Positions 1 to 13,640 of a DNA stretch of 64,000 nt are shown here, piece by piece. Source of the DNA: Sphagnum compactum (lineage: Eukaryota); NCBI GenBank assembly GCA_965153455.1, contig OZ234494.1, positions 5,580,001 to 5,644,000 on the forward strand, given 5' to 3'. The notes below the pieces were generated by a model. That model had not been told where the DNA came from. It was given only the letters and a program-made list of their open reading frames with translations, and did not search any database. How positions within the stretch are numbered: the first letter of the stretch is position 1; each line of letters starts with the position of its first letter. A program made the position numbers and the translations under genes.

Positions 1-3000
1 CCAGAATCTGAATTAGGAGGACACAGGAGTGCCTTCCTTCTATCAAGATCATACTTCCTACATCAATCCCGAGGGCATCATGGCATGATTCGAGGTTCCT
101 AGCAAGGACCATTTTTTCCTGGGTACTATGAGTCTCAACAGCAAGCACCAGCATTGGTGATTCCAAACCATCTCTTGCTGGCACAACAGAGAAAGACCAG
201 CAAGATGCTGAGAAACATGTTGTGAAGATTTTGCAGGTTAGGTAGGTAAAAGCATGATAAAGTAGTAGACAACTCTTGATCCTGTTTGGCATGTACATAT
301 CAACCCCTAAGAACTCTCATATCAAGAGATTAGGAAGGTGAAAGCATGGTAAAGTAGACAACTCTTAATCCTTGTGACCAACATGTACCCATCAGCCTTG
401 AAATTGAGAAACCATTTGGATATGGAGAGTAGATTCTACACAACAACTCTACACTCAGCCCTATACACAAGTTCAATAAATTTAGCAAAACATTGGACTA
501 CTTCCTGCACATTTGAGACTCAAGTATGGATGGTTGATCTGAGATGGAAGTCCATGAATTCAAGATGGTATTAGTGATCATATGTTACAACTCCAATGCA
601 TATTTTCTTTTCTTTCATTTTCTTTTTTTTCCTTTTTCTTTTTGACGAAGTTCAAGCAAGGATTGTCCATACCAAGATAGAGCCAAAAATTGAACCAAAT
701 GTCATTGAGTTAAAAACCTTTCAAAGGTATATTAGAATAAAGCACAACTTTTCAATTTTTTTTGAAATTGCATGTTGTAAAGAATATTGCAAAAGGGTTT
801 CATACAAGACACAAGGGGTGTAAACATGGTCAAGTAGACATAAAAAATAATTTGCCCAAAATTTAATTTAAAAATGATATAGTTTTTGACAAAACATAAG
901 AACTTAATAGATTAAAAAATTATGAAAATGTGAAATAAAAAATAAAATGAAACCATTAGCTCCTCCATTGAGTTTATAGTAAGTTGAATGTAAAATTTGA
1001 AAAAGTTTAGTACAATAAAAGTAAGTTACCAATAGAGTTGAAACCAATTGGTCAATATGGTGATTATTTTTTTTTCAATAAAAAATTGATATATTATGAT
1101 TATAATATGCACAATTTGATAGTACATAAATACTTCTAAACATTCATTAACTTGAAAATTTTTAAAATAAAAATTTTATCTACTTGCAACTCATTTTGTA
1201 AAATTAAAATCACATATAAATTAATGCACTTTAAAAGGATCTATTTAAATTTATTTGAAAATGTTAATACTCAAAATTATAATACTAAAGTGAAGATTAT
1301 ATTAATCATTAAATTAACATAATGATTCATTGAATAAAAAAATATTTTTACTTTCAAGACAAAACAGTAATTAATTAAACTATTTATACAATTCAAAAAA
1401 ATTATCTTTAATATTAAGATGAACTAAACCTCTGTCAAATGTGTATCTATTTATTATAATAATAATTGAACAACTAATTGTTGTCAATTCAAATGAGAAT
1501 CCACCCATCATAAAAGGTAGCATAATTTTTTAAATGACTTAAGTATAGAAGCCCCTCTAATCCAATTTAAGCTTCCCTTTTCCATTTATTTTCAAAGTTC
1601 CATCTTAAATTAAATTAAGGAACTCATTAGCTCCAAATGTCATTCTCATTGTGCAATTGAAAATAATTATTGTTTATAAAACAAAATATATTGTTAAATT
1701 TAGTTATTAAGTATGTAGTCACATTACCTTAAGCATGATAAGGAGATGCATTGGAAAAATCATGAATGTTGTCTAATCATGCATGATCTTGCAACTTAGA
1801 TACACTCCAAGACTCTCCGAAAGATGGAGTGCTATTCTAACCCCCATACCATGTGGTAGCTTGAAAACGACTTATCCTAAGGAAAGGAGCTAGGCCATCT
1901 AAGTCACTTCAAAACACAATGAACAATCTCTTTTGAATCATTGTTCCTTTTTTAAAATAAATTGATCCTATTGCATCACACAAACCAAATTCAACAATCA
2001 TTGATTCCAAGCAAAGGAACAACTATTGTAATACCTTTACCATTTTGGCCATAATTAAAATAATTTTTAAAAATCCAAATTTTCAAAAAAATTGCAATTT
2101 GTCTTGCCAAAAGTTTCAAAAAACTTAATTTTAAAATTTCGAAATTTATGGTTCATGTGTTCATTTGTCCATGAAAACCTCCTGATTCTAGTAACAAGGA
2201 TTTACTCAAAATCAGCACTTGCCTTCAATCATCACAATAAATTATCACAATTGATTGACTTGCTAGTTTAACAACATTTAAATTACATGTTTATTAGTAC
2301 CAACCTAACTAATAGGTACCTATTTGCAATAATATGTGAAATATATTAATTTTTTATTTTTATTACATTCGAATGTTTAAAACATTTGTGATTGGAGGGT
2401 CAAAGTGAAAAAATGAAAAATAAATAAATATTCGCCTGAATTATTTCAAAATGGTAAAGGTATTATGATATAGGGTTGCCAATTTCATCATAACTTTCCA
2501 TCCTAACAAAGATAACACTAATTGATGACTTGGTGGAAAAAAATTTAAAAGACTTAAACTTGCCATTTTATTTTCTTTTGTGCACGCTTAATGTGAAATC
2601 GTTCGTATTGCCTCGTCTCTTCTACTTGGCTAACCTAGGCCCCCAAAAAGAACTTGAATCGAGGTTCAACTTTCAACTTTCAAAGGCTTTTCAACTTTCA
2701 CTCGTGACCACGATATTGATGATTGTTCAAATTGTAATAATTTTAGTATGGTTGAAGCTTAGGGGTTAGTTTGTAACCATCTTTGTTGACTCAAGGTTCA
2801 AGGAAGATATTATCATCTCATTCATGCAGTTGTGACAAGCTTTAGTTTGCATTCCTACTAATAAAACATCATGTGAAAAAAAGACTTTAGTCAATGAAAC
2901 AACATCAAAGAACATTACCTAAAGTTTATTCCCTAATGTTTGAAAACCTTGCATTGTTTATTGTATACCGTACCCTAAGGTCAGTTTTGTCATTAAATAA

Positions 3001-4640
3001 TCCTCAAAATAGTGAAATGAAAATTTGTGAAATGTGAAGTTCACATGTTGAAAATCATCATAACTATCATAAGCTACACTTCGAATAATTTCAATACTCA
3101 TATGACAATATTATAGTAGATGATGAATTTTTAGTTTTTTTCAAAATTAAAAAAATGAATTCTTTTTTTTTATTATTATTATTCATTTTGTCAATGTGGA
3201 AATTGACCCTAGACTATACGGTATGTATGTGAATTGTTGGTCCTAATATGCCATTGTTAAATTGAAGTTCAACATTATTTATTTTAATAGGTAAAAAAAG
3301 AAGTTCAAAAACTTATGATTTTTCAAAAAGGTTGTCAAATGTGTGTTATGTTTTATATCCCCTATCCACATTTTGTCCCAATATTTTACAATTATTGATG
3401 CGCATGAACACTTTTTTTTAAACTATTGAGAATTGTACCACTTTTGAAGCATTAGGAAGATATGTAATTTTTGTAACTTAAAGTTAATTGATACCATAGT
3501 CCCTAAATGCAAACATCTGCCAAAAAATTAATACATTAAAAAATTAGCTTCAACATTAGATTCTTGTTTTCTAAACATTTTGGTATAAACAATATTATTA
3601 TCAAGATAAATGCGACAAGTGTGTTATTATCTTATGGTCTCTAAACTGAGCCCGAAACAAACAAGAGATCTTTTTTCACTGATTTTTGGCATTTTATTTA
3701 ATTTTATTTAATAAAAAACTGATCATTTTGAAAAGAATTTAATTATTGCCAAATGCATTCAGGGAGTATAGTTTGCCCTAAATTAACACCAAGCAGGGAG
3801 TATTTGCATTTAGCGCTATATTGTAATTTCTGATAATTAATGGCACAGTTGTGTCAACTTTTAGGAGGGAAGACTTGGAACTGGTGTTTTTCTTCTTTTT
3901 GTTTTGTTTTTTTTTTTTTCAATTTTTTTATGTAGGCCAATGGGATCATCCATAAGAATACTTAAGCACTCATTTTTCACATTTTCTGAAATAAAATGAG
4001 AAAAAAAAATTGCTTGCAACCTCATTGTCCAACTTACTAAAATTATGCATACATACATATCTAATGACTAACATGTTTTATACATAAAGCATCATACATC
4101 TTAAATGTATGATGCATGATAATTAATTCACCAATAGTTTGCTGGGAAAAAAATAAAATCATGGCACTGATGATTTTTATTTTTTTTCCTTTCCTGTGTC
4201 ATCATGGCTCATAACACTTGTGAGGTAAACTTTGCGATTTTGTCCATTACAATGTACAATATGTGGTGTTTATTGTGGCATATATTACATGTAAAATGGC
4301 ATGTTCCCACATTCTTCAGACTTTCTATCAAGCGTACTCAAACCTTTGCACACATATACATAAGGCACTCCGAGAAATTTCCCTAAGTGTATTTTGGAGG
4401 GCACCTTCTAACCCTCATCCTCTTTTGCGAGAAGGGGATATCACACCGATTAATCTTTTATGATTTTTCAAGTTCAAGTAAGTAGGGTTTGGTGACTCTA
4501 CAATCGACTGAAGGAGTGGTGTTTTGCAATAGCAATGCCAGCAAGAGGTGGAAGAGCTTGGACATGGTGAGCATTCAAAAAATTGTACATCCATAGATTA
4601 GTATGTGAGACTAGTGAATGTCTTTCAAAGAACATAACAT

Positions 4641-5056
4641 AAATTCCAGTGACAATGTTTCATTGAAACTGGTTTATGGCGGATGGATATTTTGGTGATG
4701 GCCATTGTCAGAATTCCAGAGTCATTCTGAATTATAATTTGTCATAGATCAAATTTCATTTTAGAATAATTATTTTTTGTTGTTCGTCTTGCACTTTTCA
4801 ATGTTTTTGTCTATTATTATCTTGTTGTTTTCTCTTACACTTTTTCAATGTTTTTTTTTGGGTCTATTTATATTTTGTTATGAATTTATCTAATGAATCA
4901 AAGTTTCGTTGACATTTTGCCTACCAAATCAAGAATGAAACAAATATATATTAATGAAACAAAATGACATATAATAAAATTTATATCTTTTGAAAAGACA
5001 AAATTGATTACAACAAAATTATTCCGTTCACAAAATAAAATTTAATCATTATCCCA
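4641..5056 (+). repeat. ~410 bp AT-rich dispersed repeat, copy 1 (inverted relative to the copy at 19708-20116)
   Basis: aaattccagtgacaatgtttca...gaaactggtttatg...ttttggtgat...tttgaaaagacaaaattgattacaaca aligns by eye with the reverse complement of 19708-20116. Confidence 0.85.
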
Positions 5057-5132
5057 AATAAATAATAGAATATATATATATAATATGAAAAAAGATATAA
5101 AAAGTGAATCCTTGCTTTTGCCAGAACAGAAG

Positions 5133-5300
5133 AACCCTAAAGCAACAAATTGAAGGGGATGGACAGTCCTAACATAGCAGTCCTCGTCACCGTCGGATGG
5201 ACAAAATCAACGACTCAGATGTAGACTTGGAGTCTGAGGAGTTAGGGCTTGATGCAAAGTTAGGGTTTGATGCTCATCGGAGTTAGGGTTTGATGCTCAC
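5133..5300. promoter_or_regulatory. Telo-box cluster (AAACCCTAA/TTAGGGTTT) upstream of the microprotein gene
   Basis: aaccctaaa at ~5133 and three tandem gttaggg(c/t)ttgatgc units at 5241-5297, just upstream of a GC-richer 5' exon ending at the GTAAGT donor (~5508). Confidence 0.5.
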
Positions 5301-5721
5301 CTACCTTCTTGTTCTCTTCTTCGTCTTTCCCGTAGCCGTGTGCTCAACGCAAAGCGAACTATTCTTTCGCCTTTTACTAAAGAATGCCGTGCGTGGGGTA
5401 CAAATAGCGGCATATCTTCGTCTTTCCCTCGTTTCGCTTTGTTGCAAGGCCGTTGCCATTTTCTGCTTCCACGTGTCCGTGGGCTGCTTCGATTTATCGT
5501 TCGCTGTGGTAAGTATGTTGCGGACTCTATGAAACTCGTTGCTGCCCCAGGGTTTCTTTTTTCTTGGGGGGGGGGGGAGGACTGTCGGGGGTCTGAATTC
5601 TATGCAGTGATTTTGGATCTCTATCAGTTTGTTGTGTCTGGAAGATGAATTTGAAGCGAGCAATGAAATTGAGTTTGTGAAAATCCTGGTAGTTCACACC
5701 GTGCTTAGCTGGGGTTGCAAT

Positions 5722-5975
5722 ATGAAACTTTTTAGGTCTACTGGTCAATTGTTAGAACGCTAATGGGGGAGGGAGAGAGAGGGGTAGGTATTCGTGAGGA
5801 AGGGATTGATTGGGAGGTCTGCAACCCCGAGCCATTCATTAGGGTTATGAAACTTTTTAGGTCTACTGGTCAATTGTACGAACGCGGAATGGGGGAGGGA
5901 GAGAGAGAGGGGTAGGTATTCATGAGGAAGGGATTGATTGTTAGGTCTGCAACTCCGTAGCCATTCATTAGGGTT
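5722..5975 (+). repeat. Tandem duplication of a ~125 bp unit inside the putative 5'UTR intron
   Basis: atgaaactttttaggtctactggtcaattg...gggggagggagagaga...ccattcattagggtt starts at both 5722 and 5847. Confidence 0.9.
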
Positions 5976-6384
5976 TCGTCTTTGCTCCGCCGTGAGAGGA
6001 TGCTTTGGAATGAGTTGTCATGATCGTGTAACTGCTCTTACTAGCCAGGACTATGATTTGTTTGAGAACTCTGAAAGGTATAGACAAGATGAATCTTCTT
6101 CCCCATGTACAACATCATTCAGTTCATCAGAAATCTGATCTCATTGAAAACTGATTCACACGTGACTTCCAGATGTGTACATCTCAGGGAGATCAGTTTT
6201 CTGATGACGTGAACGAATAATAGTGTTGTTGTACATGGTAAAGAAGATTCCTTCTTGTACGTACCTTTTGCAAAGTGCAAGAAGGATGGGATAGAAAAAA
6301 TTAAATGTAGGGAATCCCAAGGCTAACATTTGACGTTGTGCTTGCAAGTAGGCTGAGATTATTGAAGACACAAAGAGAGTAACC

Positions 6385-6745
6385 ATGATTTCTGCAAGAT
6401 GGAACTTGGCTGTTGGTCCCATGCTGATGATGGGAGGTGCCTTTGTGACGGTTGTCGGTTTGACACTGCTAGGCGAAGTAAGTTTCCTCCTTTCCCCTCA
6501 CTTCTTTTTCCAATCTTCTGATTTTCTAATGCTGAATGTAATAATGCAGAGACAGGCAGGAGTCAATGGCAATTGGTGGTTGATCTTTCACTCTGGAACC
6601 AAGTGCTAGTGATTTCTGTTCTTTTGACAGAAGTTGAGATGTTAAGTTTGAGATGAGCACTCTGTTCTTCATTCATTGTTTGCAGAGGAATGCCCCCAAG
6701 CCCCAAGATGAGGTGTCACTACCATCACGGCAGCGTAAATTGTGA
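6385..6745 (+). CDS. Spliced 50-aa single-pass membrane microprotein; coding exons 6385-6477 and 6686-6745
   Basis: ATG in aaccATG context; GAA|GTAAGT donor at 6478; tttgcag| acceptor at 6685; phase-0 join gives MISARWNLAVGPMLMMGGAFVTVVGLTLLGERNAPKPQDEVSLPSRQRKL*. Upstream branch point gctaac (6322) and acceptor at ~6351 fit a 5'UTR intron starting near 5508. Confidence 0.7.
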
Positions 6746-8020
6746 CCAAGACAGCACCTGGGTGATTTGGCATTTTGCCAATGATGGAAGCATAAGGGCA
6801 AGCTCATTCTGATTTCTGTTTCATTTGCACATACAACAGCATGCATGCCAAATCAACCTTTTCAATATGTATCAACCTGTAACAAATTTGCTGCTTCCAT
6901 ATCAGAGCAAATAATTGCAGCCTTCACATGTGTTTGGTTGTGCTCAAGGCCCTGTTTTACTGTGTCTTGCTTTGGCTCCCATATATACATGTACTGGTTT
7001 GAGGAAATAAATTAGTTTGTATGTGATTCACCTTGTCAACAATGTGGGTAGAGGCTAAGTTGTGAGCTTGAAGAATTTGTGATGTACAAATCAGAACAAA
7101 TTGTTGTCCACTAGGTGTGGGTCTGATGATTGATATTGTACACATTTCTGACACGTGCTTTGACCGGAGTACACAGTAGATTGGAACATGTATGTAATGT
7201 TCTCATTGGTTTGTTCATATATGCAAATCATAACTCCTGTTATAAATGGTATAGACGGCCTAAACAGTAGCAGCATATTCAATGTCATATTCAATGTAGC
7301 ATATTTTCTGACTTCTAGAAGATATGTTTGTGAGGAAGAAAGGTCCTCACTTATAGCATATTCAGTTTCCTGTGCTTGGTTCCATTTGAGGCCAATCTTT
7401 ACCCATGCTCTGTTATGGTGCCAACCAAAAAGATTTACAATTGTACAGTAAACTGACTGTCTGGCAGCAGTTGACCGCAGAATATATGGCAGAATATGGT
7501 AAGTACCCAGTGCTTTTAGAAACACTTGAGGAAGGCATACTTTAGTGATGTTGAATTTCCAGAGTAATTTAGGGTTTATATTTCTTGTTGCCCTCTGCCT
7601 GGTTATAGGTGATGTCTGTAAGGAATGTCAGAACAAAAAGAATTTGTTGTAATCCAGATGCTCAGTGACTGAACTTCCATGCAGTCCAGTGTCTTACAGG
7701 TCTAATACTGTGCATATAAAACTCCTCTTGATCAAATATCTGATCACCCTCACCCATTCATATCTAAACCAGCTGACCCCACTGCCAGTGCTCCTCTCCT
7801 CAAGGCAATCACCATGAATGTAATGGTTGAGGTATGATCCTCGAAATAAATTTATGATCTGGAAATGTCCAGAAATGAATTCAAATCTGGGAATTATCGA
7901 GACTGTACTCTCCTTGTTACCTCGTGCAGACAGTCTCCACACTGCACGTAAGTGTCTAGGTGCACATGAGTGCACATATGCCAGAAACAGATGACAGAAG
8001 TGTTGGCAAAATTGCTGAAG

Positions 8021-9212
8021 TTATTTGAAGTACATTTCACTTGATGCCATTCTGTCGGTGCCATGCAAGGAAAGATGTGTGCGGAACACATCAACATGGC
8101 CATATGCATCTGTGCCAGGAGGACACTCTAACACAGCTTCAAGGACATGATGGTGTACACCATGGGAATCCACAACGTGTCCGCCCTCATGTGCATGACC
8201 CCCTATGCAAGCTAACACACAATCAAATTTGTGCAGTATCTGCAGCACCTCCTCAAAGTTCCAGAGCAAAGTTGAAGGGTATGCTGCTCCTGGGTGAAGC
8301 GGCAAGTGGCAGCAGATTATGATCTTTTGTTCAAAGGTTGTTGCTTCTTCTAGAACCTTCTCTAACCACTTCAACTGTTGCTCACCAAGGCCTCCATTGA
8401 ACATTACAAACCTTCTCTCAATGCCAGATAAGCCATCAGGGCTGTTCTTGTCGCTGTTGGGATTCTTTGTTTCTAGCAAGTGAAGTGCAGCTTTTGTGTG
8501 TGGGTGATCCACAGGCCAACCTAGGGCACTCACATCATACCCATCCAAGACAACAAACAAAAAGCCTGGGTACGGAGTGAAGGAGTAGTATGAATCACTG
8601 TTGGTGGAAGGTGGGATGCCAAGCAGCTGATTCAGTTCTGGGCGAGGAAGGTTGTAAAGACAATGATTCCCTATCATATGATAAACTGGGCCTCCTCTAA
8701 AAGCTTTGAATTCAGACAGGACACTATTGAAAGCTATCCGAGTTTTATCTTTGGGACACTTCCCATCAACTATGTCCCCAAAATGGATTGCAAAAGCAAG
8801 ATCTCCTCTCCTGTTCCAGGCATCCACAGCTCTGTGAAGTGATTCCAGACTATGCCGGTAGAACCGAGGCACACCAAGGAAGGACTGACTATCATCTATA
8901 TCCGCATATTGGACATCAGTGATTACTGCAAAAGAAAAAAGTGGCTTCTGGCTTTTGTCATTAACCACCACATTAGTATCAATGATGTCGGCAACCACAT
9001 CTGTCACCTCAGCACCCACTTGGGCAACCCCAGCCATGAGTGCTACAATTCGGTGTTCCTTGAAAGCAACCTGGAAGCCAAGTTCAGACACTTTGGCACC
9101 ACCACTCCTGCTGAGTCGAAGGTTGGATTGTTCACCAACACTGGAACTCAGGTTTGCTGAGGCCTGGGACTGCAACAGCAACAATTCCAGAGGAGCATTA
9201 GAATCTAATGAG
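8021..9212 (-). CDS. ADPRM: Manganese-dependent ADP-ribose/CDP-alcohol diphosphatase (calcineurin-like metallophosphoesterase); main exon, probable ATG at 9037 or in an upstream exon at 10412-10300
   Basis: Motifs PLFSFAVITDVQYADIDD, FGDIVDG, MIGNHCLYN, FNGG, CCHLPLHP, GHAHEGG and LECPPG are typical of the ADPRM family. The ORF-track start at 9241 lies in the polypyrimidine tract before the ttttgcag acceptor. Confidence 0.93.
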
Positions 9213-11867
9213 CTGCAAAAGCATAGAAAATGAGACTGCATATTATTAATGAGAGATCAGATCTACCAGCTAGCAGTGTCTTCATCAGAAGCTTGGAACT
9301 GCAAGAATCATTCTTTTTATCAGAGTGCAATTTGTCTGTTCCTCCCTTCAAACCAGAAAACTTCAAAAGAAAGTCATTTTGGTACTTGCAGGCCTGACAT
9401 AGAAGGCAGGTCATCAAGCTAGGAGGATACATGGATTCCAATGACCTGCTCTCTGCCAGCCAAACCTTTGTTGCATTTGCTGCATGTCCATATAATCCTT
9501 GCACTAAAACGTCAAGCTGCAAAAAATAGACCTGAAAGCTTTGTGACAAAACAAGGACATCTCAAGCTGGGTTTCATTGGCAACAAAAACCACCTACAAA
9601 ATTTCTACCGTTAAAAGTCTTTGAATGATGACCAAGAAAATGGTGCAGTCTATTGTTGCTAACTATGTTTTGCTGAATGATATAGAAGTTGTTGAACCAT
9701 GAAACGACATTCTAGTCAAGCTAAAAATTTACTGTTCATTGCAACCCTAATTTCATGACAACACTCTATCCCTGATTAGGGTTTCTATGGTATGTACAAT
9801 TCGCACCTGCAAACAATCACAAACACTGAGCATGATAATCACTGTTCTCTGGAAATGAATCAGGAATGATCCAGTTCATTCATGACAAGCATATTTTTGA
9901 ATCAATTAAGGACAGAGAATTCAACCAAGGAGGTTGATTCTGAGCTCAAAAAGCTTAGCATAGAAAAGCTCCAAAAGCTGGCCCTTTTGGGCCATCACTA
10001 TCTGGCTACTACACTGATGCAGCATGCTCCCTGATCATAAATGGAGGTCCCACGAGCTGGTGGAGAAACCACTGTTTAGACTGGCAACTGCCCTCATACT
10101 GGAAGTGTTGTTTTTTGTTTTGTTTTACAAAAGATTTCAAAATCTTTTCTTTCTTTCTTCTTCTTCTTCTTCTTCTTCTACTTGGAAATCACTCAGCAAG
10201 AAAGGAAAGGGTGTCATGTATGTCCGGTACCCATGTGGGAAGTACTCTTTTCTTTCTTCTTCTACCTAAAAGCAAAACCCAAAGTGCGAAAGTGTGTACC
10301 TGCGGTGATAGCATGAAAGGCAGTGACGAGCATTGCAGATGGAGTGCAACAAGCATTCTAGTGCGTTGTTTGTTATTTGATTTCTTGACCAAAGTGCAAC
10401 TGCACCATTCATTATCCCTGCTCACATATGCTAAATCCGCTTCTCCTGTCGAGGCGTGAGAGTGCTAGCCTGCGCCAGGCACTTTCGTGGGGGGAAGCAC
10501 AAGGCCCACGCAATACTAAGCTTGTGCTCTTTCCTTTTTCTTCTCTTTGCAGGAGCTCAAATCAATCACTGTTAATAAATTTAAATAATTTAATATATTT
10601 TTTTAACTTTAAATATTAATTTCTTTTTTTGGGGCCAAAAAAAACCTGGAATAGTATGTCTTACCATGCCTGGTTTTGAAAAACAATTTACCGGAAAATT
10701 TAATAATAATAATAAAAGGAAATTTTGGTTTTCCAAGAAATATTGTCACTTTTTCATCTGCCCCCAAAAGTGTGTTACCAATTTTGCTGCTGGTTGAAGA
10801 AATCTTTGGAGAATTTGTAGAAAATTATTGTCAATAAATATTAAATCTACCATGGGATGCTTGCCACCTACTACTTCTTCCAAATAATAATAATAATAAT
10901 AATTGCGTGTACTACTTGTTTTCTTTTTAAAAATTTAAGGGTGCTTTATTTTTCTTGCCTCCAAGTAAATTTAGACTTGAATTTAACTTGTTCGTTTTTT
11001 TCAAATGACATTTATTTTGGCCTATATCAAGGACATGATTTCAATCATTCAAAAGCAAATAAGTGAAGATCAATTCTTATCTCAGAAATCATATTCAATG
11101 ATCTGAACACCCCAACTAGGCAGTATTTTTTGATTAAGGTGACATTTTTTACCACATGTCAATTCAAACATTTAATTTTTTAAAAAATTTAAATCAATAA
11201 GAATGACAAGCCTTATTGTAATTGGTCATATTGATTTGACACTAACTTGATTAGTTTAGTGAAAATGGTCATATTGATTGGCTATTAAGTTGATAAGTTT
11301 GTGTGTGAGTTCACATGGGGTGATTAATTATAGATATTTGATGTTTAATCACATTGATTTTTAATTTTTTTCCACTTAAGAAATAGATTATACACATTCA
11401 TGTACAATTTGGGCATAGAAATTTGGCTCCACCTTAACATAAAGCATCAGCACTTTTTTTCTTTTGTATTTTTAGGTTGCTCACTAACCTGAATTTGTTA
11501 TGTTTGATTTTCTCAGATTTATTTCGGACTTACTAAAAATTTGTTTTCATTTTATTAGATTTTTTGAAATCAGCTTGTATTAAGTCTTCCCAATTTCGAA
11601 AGATACAATTTTATGATTAATCACTTCAAAAAATAAGAAAAAAGTATTGTTGCTTTACATAGGAGAAGGTCATGCTATGGGGGCATTTCGAATTTTCAAC
11701 CTCCCTTGATCTATCGGCCTTGAGAATATCAAATCCAAAAGGCCCCATAGTGGGACATTCTCCTATACCTAATGTGTGAATGAACGATTTAGGGTATCAC
11801 ATTTATTTGTGCATTAAAAAATGAAGCATTTTTCATAGCATGCATGTATCTAAATAAGAAGTTCTAG

Positions 11868-12576
11868 TGTGACCTAACAGGAAGGCAATCAGATAATATT
11901 CTCATGTGAACATATCAAGTTTTTAAGGTTTTTGTTTTTGTTTTTAGTGGTCGTCAACTTTCTACATGTTAACGGTAAAAATTATTTCGTCATTATTTGT
12001 TTCTCTAAGCAATTATTGTTTCAAGAAAACTTGTGAACATGGGTAGAAAATCTTGTTTGTTTCTGTATTATGTAGAATTGATCGGCACCAAGCTATGGAT
12101 GGTTGAGGAAGCTACAACATTGAATGGAAACTTGGAGAATAGGACGATGGAAGGCAGGATAAGGAGAATTCGAAAACAATGCAAGCATGTTTTTCTTTTT
12201 TCATCATCAGTTTCAGGAAATGGTAGGTTTGACTTGTCGTGAATAGTAGTTGTTGTATCTAATTTCTGCTACGCCAGTTACTACACTATGGCGAGCAATA
12301 TATCCTTGGTAGGAATAGATTCTATAAAAGGTTGATGTTGATGATTGATGACGAAAAGAAGGAAGTCCAAGCTATAGAAAAACATGCATGTAGAGGAATC
12401 AGTATGCATTTTGAAGGGGGATATTTGTTAAATCTCTCTTTAATCCATGTTGTAGGGTAGGTATCTGAGTGAATACTAGAAGCCTCAATGGGGTGTCCTT
12501 GGGTTGGGCGGAATGAGAGAAATGAGAACAAAAATGGGAAGATAATAGAAATATATCTACAACCCATACCTGCACA
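11868..12576 (+). repeat. 5' LTR of the gypsy element
   Basis: tgtgacc...cccatacctgcaca, directly repeated at 18309-19030; the differences are mostly transitions plus ~13 bp of indels. Confidence 0.92.
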
Positions 12577-13390
12577 AAAATTTGACATAGACACTAGTTA
12601 TAGCATCAAAGTAAATTGCAACAAAATGTGGGCAAGCATTTGTTAAGGAAAAGTGGAGCCATTGGATCTACAGTAGATTACATTGCAATTTTAGATTAAA
12701 GTTGGAAGTTGCAAAATGACTAGCCCATAGGGTATGGATGAATTATTCCGGGGGTGACACCATGAGGATGTCAATGACTAGGCAGAAAGATTTACAATGG
12801 CTACGGAAGTGCGAGATTTGAATGCAAAGCTGAATTTAAGAGGGAGGCTAAGGAATGGTTCAAGAGGTTACACCCAACACCAATTGATTGGATTGAACTG
12901 AGGACTTTGATAATACAAAAATATGGGGATGTTGATGTCGATGATATTAGAATGAAACTTGATGCCATCAAACAAGAGCCCAAGGAAAGGGTTCAAAAAT
13001 ACTTTGAATGTTTTGATAAGTTCTTTTAGAGGGGCATAATATAAAATGTTGAGCAGAGACGAAGATTTCTGGCTAGATTAAGGCCAGAAATTCAGAAGTT
13101 GTGCATGGTAAGGACTTTTATGGATATTGAGGAATTGGTAGGAGCTGCAACAGAGTTGGAGAAGGTGTTGGGAGAGCTCATAGAAACACCATATGAACCT
13201 CTAAAGGAGGAACAAGAAGAAGGAGTTTCAGAGACCATGATGGAAAAGTAAGTCACTACTTTGAACAATTTCTTTAGGGGGAATGTGCCTAATCTTGATG
13301 CACCATTTTCTTCCACTATGTTCGAGGGATGCCACATCTGCAAGGGAGGAGACCATTTAACCACCACCTGTCCGAAATTAAATGAACCAC

Positions 13391-13640
13391 TCAGAAGACT
13401 GCAAAAAAAAGTTCGACCCTCAAAAGCGTTTAAATGAAGGGGGAGGGCAATCTACAAGAGAGCAACCTGTCCTCACTATTGGCAAACGTCTATTTTCACA
13501 CATAAAATTATTGGGTCTGAGACAAAAAATAAATATTCAACTAAAGGAAAACTAAAAAGCCATTAACCTGCAAAGGTCAGACCTAAACAACAAGACAAAA
13601 GACTACAGACGCAAAGGAAACACAACCAAAACAACCAAAA
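13391..13640. mobile_element. ~250 bp insertion interrupting gypsy gag between zinc knuckles
   Basis: gag reads CHICKGGDHLTTTCPKLNEP, then unrelated A-rich sequence, then resumes CAKCGMF...CGIKCSLCSGLGHLEDRC. Confidence 0.6.

Noticed and set aside
1-240. Possible minus-strand exon fragments at the window edge (KYDLDRRKALLCPPNSDS)
   Set aside because: Too short, with no recognisable homology and no supporting upstream exons or promoter.
9213-9241. ORF-track start of the 406-aa ADPRM ORF
   Set aside because: The ATG at 9241 falls in the polypyrimidine tract just upstream of a good acceptor, so it is probably intronic.
12033-12594. Short ORFs duplicated at 12033-12594 and 18388-19021
   Set aside because: They lie within the two LTRs, so their similarity only reflects the LTR duplication.
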